Below, in pieces: positions 55,627 through 64,000 of a stretch of 64,000 nt of DNA (its first letter is position 1; every line of letters starts with the position of its first letter). The notes beneath the pieces were generated by a model that was not told the origin of the DNA, did no database searches, and worked only from the letters and a program-made list of their open reading frames with translations. A program made the position numbers and the translations under genes. Origin of the DNA: a virus; IMG/VR virus record IMGVR_UViG_3300042462_000689; one strand, 5' to 3'.

Positions 55627-58600
55627 ATGAAGACACCCACTTTGCAGGACCCGTCCGTTCAATACGACTGGGAGAAGCATGCCAGCGCAGTTCTCTCCAC
55701 TCCAGAGATCGAAAGAGCGTTCGGCGATCAGGCGTACAGCCGCTGCGCCCAGCGCGCCCAAAAGCTGATGCAGCCGCCGTATTTCCTCGGCTTCGAGATG
55801 ATCTACGCCAATGAGGACAAGACGCGCCTTGTGGGCATCTTCGCCTTCCGCATCAACAAGGATCTCATTTACATTCCGAGCTTCTTCCTCAATGGACAGG
55901 TCAAAGGCCAGGAGCTGCTCTACCAGGTGAAGCAGAAGAAGATGAAGCCGTGCACGGAGGAATGGATTTCCTATTTGATGGAGAAGGCCATCTCCGAGCC
56001 CGGCACGGGCATCGCCCGCACCCGACTCGACCGCCTCAATACCGGCACGGATTTGAAACCGCTCATCATGCCGATGCGCAACAAGATTGCCTCCAGCATG
56101 GGCAATTCCGAATTCATCAAGATGGCGCGCGAAGAGCATGGCGAAGATGCCGGACAATTCGTGGAGGATGCATTTACGCGGGCTCTGGCATTTGAGGATA
56201 TGCGGGAGAAGCGAGCTAAGTTTGGCGACCTTACAACGCAGCTGGGCAAGTCGCCCACCGTGCCGGAAGTTACCGCTGATCCCTCGCCTATTCCCGCAGT
56301 TGGCGATTCGACGTTGCCTCCGACTCCCGCCTCGCAAGCAACCAGCAGCGCGAATTTGCCCCAGTCCCCTGCGACACCCGCACCCGGTGCTTCGACGTTG
56401 CCTCCGCCTCCCATCACGCCAGCAGCACCCAGCACCCCGTCCTCCTCTGGCTTCGCACCCCTCGACGCTAAGGTGAATTATATGGCGGAGCCGACTCAGT
56501 TCTACGGGGGTGGCAATGGACGGTTCGGGCACCCCACGCAAGAGCGCGGGAATAACCAGCCCGCCTCTGACTTCGCACCCCTCGACTCTGCAGCCGCGAA
56601 TGCACGGGCCTTCTCTCTTCCGGTGGAACCAGCGGTCAACGCTGAGGTGGAGAATGAAGCCTCAGCAGATCCGGCTCCCGCCCCTCCCCAAGAACCCACG
56701 CCCAGCTACCTACAGCAGTCGCCTGTTTCGGCAAGGCCGCCCCAGCCCGGAGAACATGCACCATCGCTTCCATTCAATCCGAACCAGGTGTCGGACGCAG
56801 ACAAGGCGCGCTTTTACGCAGCCACCAAATCCACATTCAACGCCCGTTCTCCCGGCGACGTGGCCAGCATGCAAAAGATGCTGGCAGGATCCGGTCCGGG
56901 GCATTCCCGGCTGGATAGCATGAACACCTACACCCCGGCACAATACCGGGCTAGCCTCAAGAAGACACCGAATACGGTGTCCAAAGCGCCGATGGCTCAA
57001 AGGCCTATGGTCGGTAGTGGCGGTGGCGGTGGTCCGCGCAGTCCGCGCGCCTATGGTAAAACATCACGCCTACCGGTCACCAAATTGTCCGCCGGCTTCA
57101 TCCCGCGCATGGAAAAGGAAGCCTCCGACTGGTGGACCTCCTACGTGGGCGAGATGCTTCCGGTGGACACCACCAACCCTTTCAAATCCGCCGGTGCCCT
57201 GAGGGAATACCTCGTCACCGACGGCAAGCGTCCTGCGTGTCTCGCCATTCATGGCGCGCTGACCAAATCGGCCGCCTTTGCTGAAGCGCTGATGACCGCC
57301 ACCAATGGCGACATGGAGCAATTCCTCCCCGCGGAGGCCCTGGAGATCACGCAGGTAAAAAAAGCCGCCTACGTCCCGCAGCTCGTCATGCATTTCGGTG
57401 GCGTGAAGAATGCCAGCGTCACCCCTGCGCTTTACGCCCAGACGGTGAAGCATGGCTTCTCCATGACCGATGTGCGCCCCTCCGATGAATTGACGGCTGT
57501 ATATGAAGACGCCCACCACTCCATGGAGTCGGTGACGGGCAATGGCGTTTACGAGATGCCCTCAATGGACGGCAAGAACGGCAAGGTCATTGCGGCCACG
57601 CCTGTGGAATTGTGCGGCGTTGGTAATACGCGGTCTTCGATCTTCAATTGCCACCCTGGCTCGTCGACGCAAAGCCTCGCCTTCATCTTCACCTCCCCGG
57701 TGAATACGATGAAGCGGGTCGAGGTCGGCGCATATGTGGGCAAGGTGATTCCGGAAGAACAGGCCGGCGTCAGCAGCGTGGGCGTGGAGAGCCCGACCGC
57801 CGGCAAGGCCTACGTCATTTACAATCCCAAGTCCGGCAATTGCGCGGACACGGCAGTGTTCATCTCGGGAGTCATCAAGAATCCGTCGGGCACCAAGACG
57901 CTGATTTGCAACAGCGTCGATACCTACAACATCTCCGGCTACGGCGAGATGGAATTGCTCCTGAATCCCGATGCCCCCAAATGCGACTGGCAGCATGGCA
58001 TCCTCAATAGAGAGGTCCGCTTCATCGAAATGGATTTGGAGGAGCTCCCCGAGAACGCCAATCATCGCGCGGCAGCCGGCGGAGGTTCCTCGCTGGGCAC
58101 TGTGGAGATCCCCTGCAAGCGCCTCGTCGCCGCGCCTTCCCTCATGCCGCAAAAAGTGGTGTGGGATTCGCTGCTGTATGGGAAACTCTTCAAGGGGCAA
58201 ATCTCCATGCTCGATGAGAGCGGAAAGATCTCCCTCAATTTCGGCGGCCGGAAATACGCCACCACGCACACCAAGGCTGCAGCCGTTGCCTTCCTCGCCG
58301 GTGGCTGCCATATCGCCGCGGATGCCGCGATGGAGCTGGTCGGTAATGTCGCATCGGGCAAGTCGGTCTCGTTCATCATGCAGCCGCAGGAGAAGCATGC
58401 AATGGCCGTCACGCGCCTGATTGATCGTCCACGCTTCACGGAAGGCTACGATAGCCAGGTGATGGCGCGCGAGCAGGAGCCACAGAGCTTCGAGCTAGGC
58501 ACCCGCACGGACGCGCCACCAATTCGCAGCATCAGTATCAACGAGGTGCACGACCCGTCCATGGGCGGCTCCATGAATTCCGATCGCCACGAAATCAAAG

Positions 58601-58962
58601 ATCATGTCGGCATGGAAGACATGCTGACCAAGGACCCAATGCAATTGGCGGACATCCAGAAGTCTCAGAACCTGCCCAATGTATTTGAGCACAAGCTCAT
58701 CGGCTCGCTCATCAAGACGTTCGACGCCGCGGCCAGCATGGAGCGCTACATTCCCAAGATGGAGGAGGGCCTCGATGCTATCGGGCGTTCGCTGTTCCTG
58801 TTCTTCTGGAAGCCGGCTGACTTTGAAAAGGCATACGGCCAGGACGATACGCCTGATATCGAGCAGGAATTGATTTCCAACTTCAAATCCTTTGGCGACA
58901 TGGTGCTCAATCTGATGCGCAAATCGCCGAACGCGGATCAGGGCTCGGCCCCGATGGCGTAA
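55627..58962 (+). CDS. large probable virion protein with central Pro-rich disordered insert
   Basis: globular N- and C-terminal regions; EKHA/EKEA/KKAA motifs; CCAAATG start. Confidence 0.75.
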   Translation: MKTPTLQDPSVQYDWEKHASAVLSTPEIERAFGDQAYSRCAQRAQKLMQPPYFLGFEMIYANEDKTRLVGIFAFRINKDLIYIPSFFLNGQVKGQELLYQVKQKKMKPCTEEWISYLMEKAISEPGTGIARTRLDRLNTGTDLKPLIMPMRNKIASSMGNSEFIKMAREEHGEDAGQFVEDAFTRALAFEDMREKRAKFGDLTTQLGKSPTVPEVTADPSPIPAVGDSTLPPTPASQATSSANLPQSPATPAPGASTLPPPPITPAAPSTPSSSGFAPLDAKVNYMAEPTQFYGGGNGRFGHPTQERGNNQPASDFAPLDSAAANARAFSLPVEPAVNAEVENEASADPAPAPPQEPTPSYLQQSPVSARPPQPGEHAPSLPFNPNQVSDADKARFYAATKSTFNARSPGDVASMQKMLAGSGPGHSRLDSMNTYTPAQYRASLKKTPNTVSKAPMAQRPMVGSGGGGGPRSPRAYGKTSRLPVTKLSAGFIPRMEKEASDWWTSYVGEMLPVDTTNPFKSAGALREYLVTDGKRPACLAIHGALTKSAAFAEALMTATNGDMEQFLPAEALEITQVKKAAYVPQLVMHFGGVKNASVTPALYAQTVKHGFSMTDVRPSDELTAVYEDAHHSMESVTGNGVYEMPSMDGKNGKVIAATPVELCGVGNTRSSIFNCHPGSSTQSLAFIFTSPVNTMKRVEVGAYVGKVIPEEQAGVSSVGVESPTAGKAYVIYNPKSGNCADTAVFISGVIKNPSGTKTLICNSVDTYNISGYGEMELLLNPDAPKCDWQHGILNREVRFIEMDLEELPENANHRAAAGGGSSLGTVEIPCKRLVAAPSLMPQKVVWDSLLYGKLFKGQISMLDESGKISLNFGGRKYATTHTKAAAVAFLAGGCHIAADAAMELVGNVASGKSVSFIMQPQEKHAMAVTRLIDRPRFTEGYDSQVMAREQEPQSFELGTRTDAPPIRSISINEVHDPSMGGSMNSDRHEIKDHVGMEDMLTKDPMQLADIQKSQNLPNVFEHKLIGSLIKTFDAAASMERYIPKMEEGLDAIGRSLFLFFWKPADFEKAYGQDDTPDIEQELISNFKSFGDMVLNLMRKSPNADQGSAPMA

Positions 58963-59009
58963 CATTTGCGCTGGACGCGCGGTGTGGGGTGTTGAATGCT
59001 GGTTCTCAT

Positions 59010-59138
59010 ATGGAACCCAGACCTGAACGCACAAAGGGAAATGTCGGTGACGCTGTTGTCGTCGCAGTCACTGCCATTTTCTTCGGCTGTTTCCTTCGGC
59101 TGGGGTGGTATATCGTCGAATTGGCTATCGCCCAATGA
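59010..59138 (+). CDS. single-TM micropeptide (42 aa, not in the ORF track)
   Basis: MEPRPERTKGNVGDAVVVAVTAIFFGCFLRLGWYIVELAIAQ; ATGA overlap with 59135. Confidence 0.5.
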   Translation: MEPRPERTKGNVGDAVVVAVTAIFFGCFLRLGWYIVELAIAQ

Positions 59139-59407
59139 AGTCCCCCACACCCACAATCGAAGACGCCCTCACCGAAATGGAAAGCGTAATGGACGAGATG
59201 CATACGCAATGCCTGCGCGATCAGCTCTGGCGTTGGGCGGCATTCCTGTTCGCACAGAAGCATCCGGAATCCCTGCGGGAAATCATTGTCGAGGTGGGTG
59301 GCTGCGTGAGCGAGCAATTGTCCGGCGCTGGCAGAGGCGCCATCAATGCGGCCCATATGCAGGATGCCCTGTCGGAATTCAAATCAGAGGCCTCGAATCT
59401 TTTATGA
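59135..59407 (+). CDS. hypothetical protein
   Basis: coupled at both ends. Confidence 0.65.
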   Translation: MKSPTPTIEDALTEMESVMDEMHTQCLRDQLWRWAAFLFAQKHPESLREIIVEVGGCVSEQLSGAGRGAINAAHMQDALSEFKSEASNLL

Positions 59408-60345
59408 AAGCCGACCGCATCAATCAAATGTGCCGGATATTGCCCGCACCGGAAGAGGACATCGTTCGCGACAACTTCCGCATCCGTGCCGCGGATACGC
59501 AGGTGGGCATTACGGACCCGGAGATTGGTCGGTTCGCCACTGCCTACAAGGATCTGTCTTTCGGCTGGAACTTCGCCAGGACCATGGCGTTCAACCGACG
59601 ACCCATGCAGGTGCCATTGAACGGACGGGATGAATGGGTGTGGCGGGCCTACCTCTACGCCATCAATCCGATCAAATACAAGGACAAGGCATTGGCCGAA
59701 GCCATCACATGGATGGGTGCCGATTACGCCAAGGAGCGGTCCGTCGCAAATGCGCTGCTGGTCTCGGGCGATATGGATTTGGACAAGATCGCCAAAGTGC
59801 TGAACAAAAAGCAGGAGGTAATTTCCGCTTACGAGATCCTCTTCTTCAACATCTGGGATCGGAAGGCGGACGAATTATTCCTCAGTTCGATCATTTACCC
59901 GAACGGTCGCGCGGTGGAATTCTTCAATGGCTACACCACCAACGAGGGGCTCGACGTGCAATTGCTCCGGGCTGGCTTCAACAATGGCGCGGCGCATGTA
60001 TTGCATCTGGCCGGCTTCTCCTCCCAGCTCGTGACCAAATACCTCAGTGCCGATACCGTGCAGCGGTTGGAATCTTTCGTCATGGCCAACGGGCTCATCC
60101 TCGCGATGAACGGCTGGCTCAACCAGGGGCCCGAGGCCGGGCATGGGGTCAATTCAGCCCTGCGGCTTATCTCGGCCGCCAAGGCAGGCGGGCAGGATGA
60201 GAAGGCCTCTCCGTTCCAGAACTCGGGCGGTCAGGTGCTCATGGCGGAAATGCAGCGGGTCAAAGCCGCAGCCCACGCCAAGCGCACCACGGAGTTCTAC
60301 CGCGGGAAGCCGACGATGGAAGTGTCTGGGGCTGGGGTGAACTGA
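59404..60345 (+). CDS. hypothetical protein (AYEILFFNIWDR motif)
   Basis: ATGA overlap; helical protein. Confidence 0.7.
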   Translation: MKADRINQMCRILPAPEEDIVRDNFRIRAADTQVGITDPEIGRFATAYKDLSFGWNFARTMAFNRRPMQVPLNGRDEWVWRAYLYAINPIKYKDKALAEAITWMGADYAKERSVANALLVSGDMDLDKIAKVLNKKQEVISAYEILFFNIWDRKADELFLSSIIYPNGRAVEFFNGYTTNEGLDVQLLRAGFNNGAAHVLHLAGFSSQLVTKYLSADTVQRLESFVMANGLILAMNGWLNQGPEAGHGVNSALRLISAAKAGGQDEKASPFQNSGGQVLMAEMQRVKAAAHAKRTTEFYRGKPTMEVSGAGVN

Positions 60346-60389
60346 TTTGGAATCGACTTGCTCTCTCTCTCGTTTAGACTGACGGGAGT

Positions 60390-60902
60390 ATGAATCCTCG
60401 TCTTTTTGGTGCGTATCTCTCCACAGTCAAATCAGCTGATATGTCTTCGAGACTCGAAGCCGCCGGGTCCAATATCGCGCGACATGCGGGAGGAAATGCC
60501 TTGGGCGGCGCTGCTGTGGGTCTGGGTGTGGGCCTCAACCGTATTGCGCGCAAGGGTTACGCAAATATGGATACAAAAGAAATCCTGTTGCATCTTCTGG
60601 CGCTGCCGGTCGCCGGGGCAGGGATTGGTTCCGTGACAGGTGCGGGACTGTCGGGTTTGCATGGTTTGATCCTCCCAAAGCAGGTGATGCAGGATTTACG
60701 CGAAGAGCAGGAAAGTAAAAAGAAGGCGTCCATCAGCCCGCGTCTTTTCGGCGCCTACCTTTCCACTGTCAAATCGGCTCATCAAGGTATTTCCTCCGGG
60801 CATGCAATTAAACAGGATGAGGAAAAGGCGCGGCGCGCGAAGCTCAAGAAAGTGGCATCCATCAACCCCCGCATCTTCGGCGCATTGATCGCGCAGCTCT
60901 GA
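60390..60902 (+). CDS. probable internal virion polyprotein with three NPRLFG cassettes and a glycine-zipper cargo
   Basis: cassettes at 60390, 60732 and 60861. Confidence 0.75.
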   Translation: MNPRLFGAYLSTVKSADMSSRLEAAGSNIARHAGGNALGGAAVGLGVGLNRIARKGYANMDTKEILLHLLALPVAGAGIGSVTGAGLSGLHGLILPKQVMQDLREEQESKKKASISPRLFGAYLSTVKSAHQGISSGHAIKQDEEKARRAKLKKVASINPRIFGALIAQL

Positions 60903-60917
60903 TTTGAAATACCAGCA

Positions 60918-62171
60918 ATGATGACGCCCGGCATATTGGGAGCACGGATGAGCATGGTGAAGCTGGCTGCTCCGGCTCTGCCTTCTGTCTCTTCACCACC
61001 AGCAGGACGGTCCGCATTCAAATGGCCAAAATCAATCGGTGACGTATGGGACCGCGTGACAGGTAAGACTCCACCACCCTCATTCCTTACGGGACCAAGT
61101 CAATTACCACAGCCTCCCACACCCACCCCACCACCGCCAACAAGTCAGGTGGTAGGCGGTGGTTTTAGGGCAGGCGTCGCGCCGCAAGCAACAGGCGCCC
61201 CCGCTGTGAAGCCAATTCCCTCCGCATTTGCCGGGCCTACGCTGTCCTCCGTGACCCCAGCATATTACAAGCAACCGTATTACGGAAATAACCTGCAAAG
61301 CGAAATGGAAAAGGCGCATGCCTACAATACAGCATCCGGTTTGCCAGGAGATCAAAATAAATGGACGCAGCCGGTGCCGGTGTTGCGCAATGATGCGGAT
61401 GCCGCAGTTTTCGGGCCACATTACGACCCGCTCGCTGACAGCGTCCACATGTGGGGTTCGGACGAGAGACGGAAGTTTACAGACAGCGTCCTCAAGGATC
61501 CAGAGGGTCTACGAGATTCGAACATGACAGCCAGGCAGGCGGCTAAATCGTTAATGGATGATGAGGATTCGCTGAAGCATGAGGCGTATCACGGAGCGCT
61601 TGCAAGTCCGCCGGGTACCGGGGTGGATGCTTACGACACTGCAGCTTTACGCCTGGAGCATCCAGACAAATATGTCCCCACGTATGCGACCCCATATCCT
61701 GATCAGCCGCGCATGGGAAGTGGGCTGCATTGGTCGAGGCGTCCTTCTGGAGAACGTCCGGTGCATTTCCGCGAGACGCTGAAGCAACAGAACAAATTGC
61801 CTGTGTATGGCAACCTGCATCATGATGTGCACTCTGCCGAGATGCGGGATTACATGTCGCAATTGCAGGAGCATCAATACCAGAACACCGGGAAGCGATT
61901 TGAAAGCCCGCAGGATTACGACAAGTTTTTACAGGGAGTAAATCCCACGCAACCCGATGAGTCGCAATTCGAGAAGGGGATTCAGCAATACCCACTGGAT
62001 GCCCAGCGCATGTTCCGGCAGATGCGCAAAACAAATCAGCGCAGCCCGGAAATCTACGACAACATCCGTAACTGGCAGCGCACTGTGGTTCCGGGCATTG
62101 TGCAGAACGGACAGGAGATCAACAAGACTGCCTCATTGCGGGAACTGGCCCGTCGGTTGGCAAAGCGCTGA
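60918..62171 (+). CDS. probable internal virion protein with HExxH (zincin-like) motif
   Basis: degenerate leader MTPGILGARMSMVKLA; LKHEAYHG; C-terminal NKTASL. Confidence 0.65.
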   Translation: MMTPGILGARMSMVKLAAPALPSVSSPPAGRSAFKWPKSIGDVWDRVTGKTPPPSFLTGPSQLPQPPTPTPPPPTSQVVGGGFRAGVAPQATGAPAVKPIPSAFAGPTLSSVTPAYYKQPYYGNNLQSEMEKAHAYNTASGLPGDQNKWTQPVPVLRNDADAAVFGPHYDPLADSVHMWGSDERRKFTDSVLKDPEGLRDSNMTARQAAKSLMDDEDSLKHEAYHGALASPPGTGVDAYDTAALRLEHPDKYVPTYATPYPDQPRMGSGLHWSRRPSGERPVHFRETLKQQNKLPVYGNLHHDVHSAEMRDYMSQLQEHQYQNTGKRFESPQDYDKFLQGVNPTQPDESQFEKGIQQYPLDAQRMFRQMRKTNQRSPEIYDNIRNWQRTVVPGIVQNGQEINKTASLRELARRLAKR

Positions 62172-62186
62172 TTTCGCAACGCAGGC

Positions 62187-62215
62187 TTGCGACCGCCGCA
62201 CAAATCGTTCAGCAT
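62187..62215 (+). promoter_or_regulatory. sigma70-like promoter candidate
   Basis: TTGCGA-N17-CAGCAT. Confidence 0.3.
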
Positions 62216-62221
62216 TCCCAT

Positions 62222-63727
62222 ATGTCACCAAGTCGCGTGCTCGAAGTCATTGAAAGCCTCCTGCCTCAGATTCAGAAATCTGCCAGCGCCGAGGACATCC
62301 TCATCAATTACGCACGGGAGAACAATCTCGCCCCTGAGCAGCTCACGAAGATGGCGATGACTTTGAATACGGCGCGCTCCGTGGCCTGGATGGACAACAA
62401 CCCCGATCAGCGCGGCGCTTCAATTCCCCTCATCGATACCGTGAAGCTGGCCTCGGACTACGGCACCTACAAGGCTCCGGCGGCGGCCAAGGACAAGAAG
62501 CCCGACACCAAGCCGGCGGAGCACAAACCAATTCCCCGTTTCATGTCCGGCGCGACCGGCAAGAAGCCCCTAAACAATCCGGTTGAGAAGATGGCATTTG
62601 CGGAGCCCGCAGCAAAGCCCCCGACTCCCGGCGAAAAGGCCGCCGCCCTCATTGCTGCCCGCCGCGTCACGGAAATCAATGTCGCCCGGCTGGGTGATTT
62701 GCAGGAGGACCAGAGCGCACTGTATCGCACTGCGGTGACCAAGCTCGCCAAATACATCGGCGCCAACAAGCCCTTCTTCGCCCAAATGGAAGAGGACGTC
62801 TCGCAATTGGCAGACGCCGAGGGGCAGATGATTTTCAAAGCGGCAGTCAAGCAGGCCACAGCGCATGTCTCGGTGCAATTGACGCCCTGGACGAAGGTGG
62901 CTACCAAGCGCAGCCTGCTCCACGATCGCACCAATGTCCTGCCGCTCATCAAGACGGCCGCCGATGCCCTACAATTGCACAATGCCTATGCGCTGCTCGC
63001 CAAGCAGGAGACGGAGGAGTTTGAGAAGCTGGCATTTACCAGAGAGCCGCAGGTCCCAGATGTGGATGATACGGGAGAGCGGGACGATGCAGCACCTGCC
63101 GCGGACTGGACCCAGACGGAACAGAGTCCTGCTGCTTCGATAGGTGGTCGCGTGGAAACCATGCAGCAGCAAGCCCAGCGCACCCGACAGCAGAACACCC
63201 GACAGCCCGAGCGCGATGCGCCCACCCCTAGAAACAGCCGACAGCCCGAGCGCGATGCGCCCACCCCTAGAGGGTCGGCGAAGAAGGACACGGCCAGCCA
63301 AATCATCGACGCCATCAATGACTTCATCCCCAAGGGGAGCGTTGGCAAGACGGTCGGTGCAATGCCCGGCATCCTCGACAAGATGAAGGCCACCGGCGAC
63401 AGCAAATATGCACCCAAGTTTCGCCAGAAGGGAATTGACCATGCCGTCCGGGATGTGAGCTTCGTGTCCAACCTGCAGCGCCTGATCATGACCGACCCGA
63501 TTCTCGGGGAGGCCGATCCGCAGCATCTCGTGGACCTCGCCAATGATTTGCAGAAGGGCGACCCGCGCATTGCGCACAATCCCAATCAGCTACGCTTCGC
63601 CCTGCGTGAGGCGCTGCAATACGGCGGTGTGCCCATCCAGACACATAAGACGCTCGCCGATATCGACAAATCCCATTCGCAGGCCGAAGAGACCCGAGCC
63701 AGAACTGAAGACGCTCGCTACGCCTAA
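62222..63727 (+). CDS. probable virion/head protein with K-x-A motifs
   Basis: QKSAS, EKMAF, EKLAF; 39-bp duplication RQPERDAPTPR at about 63198-63270. Confidence 0.7.
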   Translation: MSPSRVLEVIESLLPQIQKSASAEDILINYARENNLAPEQLTKMAMTLNTARSVAWMDNNPDQRGASIPLIDTVKLASDYGTYKAPAAAKDKKPDTKPAEHKPIPRFMSGATGKKPLNNPVEKMAFAEPAAKPPTPGEKAAALIAARRVTEINVARLGDLQEDQSALYRTAVTKLAKYIGANKPFFAQMEEDVSQLADAEGQMIFKAAVKQATAHVSVQLTPWTKVATKRSLLHDRTNVLPLIKTAADALQLHNAYALLAKQETEEFEKLAFTREPQVPDVDDTGERDDAAPAADWTQTEQSPAASIGGRVETMQQQAQRTRQQNTRQPERDAPTPRNSRQPERDAPTPRGSAKKDTASQIIDAINDFIPKGSVGKTVGAMPGILDKMKATGDSKYAPKFRQKGIDHAVRDVSFVSNLQRLIMTDPILGEADPQHLVDLANDLQKGDPRIAHNPNQLRFALREALQYGGVPIQTHKTLADIDKSHSQAEETRARTEDARYA

Positions 63728-63733
63728 TTCACC

Positions 63734-64000
63734 ATGATCCTCGACACCAAAGTAACGCTGGAAAAAGGGACCTACCACGCGCAGATCGGACTCAATCCCG
63801 CGGACGACGCATTGAGCACCGCCGAAAAGGAAGCCCTCGAACAATTCGGAGAGCCCACCATCGCATGTGGGGGAGTGTTCGGTTCGGGTGGCACCACTTT
63901 TACGCTTGCGGCCAATGACCTTCGCTTCCCCTCTCAATTCCCGGTGAAGCACACGTTTTCAATTGCCGACGATGAGCAGGCCAATGACTATGCGTTGCTG
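63734..64000 (+). CDS. hypothetical protein, truncated by the window end
   Basis: MILDTKVTLEKGTYHAQIGL..., open to the end of the window. Confidence 0.65.
   Translation, partial: MILDTKVTLEKGTYHAQIGLNPADDALSTAEKEALEQFGEPTIACGGVFGSGGTTFTLAANDLRFPSQFPVKHTFSIADDEQANDYALL

Noticed and set aside
1-64000. Stop-codon recoding or tRNA/rRNA genes
   Set aside because: Conserved proteins are intact in code 11, all three stops terminate genes, and no tRNA or rRNA structure was recognised by eye.

Overview
This window is a 64-kb segment of a large tailed dsDNA phage (jumbo/huge-phage style). Every credible gene is on the + strand and uses the standard code. Layout: (1) 0-22 kb: a Dam-type methyltransferase, then about 60 small, translationally coupled early/accessory ORFs, including a RuvA homologue, a macro-like A1S_2505-type protein, leading-region-type families and many Zn-ribbon microproteins. 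(2) 22.0-25.4 kb: the catalytic half of a multisubunit RNA polymerase beta' subunit with a LAGLIDADG intein. (3) 25.4-32.1 kb: more accessory genes (ParB/DGQHR-like, endonuclease V-like glycosylase, stand-alone TSCPD domain, HD/small alarmone hydrolase-like), ending in a terminator. (4) 32.2-47.2 kb: virion, tail-fibre and beta-solenoid genes plus a lysis cassette (PAS protein, membrane/spanin-like proteins, holin, amidase). (5) 47.2-51.4 kb: the C-terminal half of beta' with a second intein, followed by a GIY-YIG endonuclease. (6) 51.4-53.7 kb: a metallophosphoesterase/DUF6378 cluster. (7) 53.8-64 kb: probable internal-head/ejected proteins. Top leads: (a) the intein at the RNAP active site shows a reciprocal Asn/Asp swap (DFDGN|C...VVFD|T), so ordinary splicing would leave the catalytic triad without its third Asp; (b) a mobile NPRLFGAYLSTVKSA peptide cassette plus recurrent K-x-A motifs suggests an undescribed capsid-targeting/processing system; (c) a stand-alone PAS protein heads the lysis cassette. 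All family calls are by-eye motif recognition; no database searches were run.
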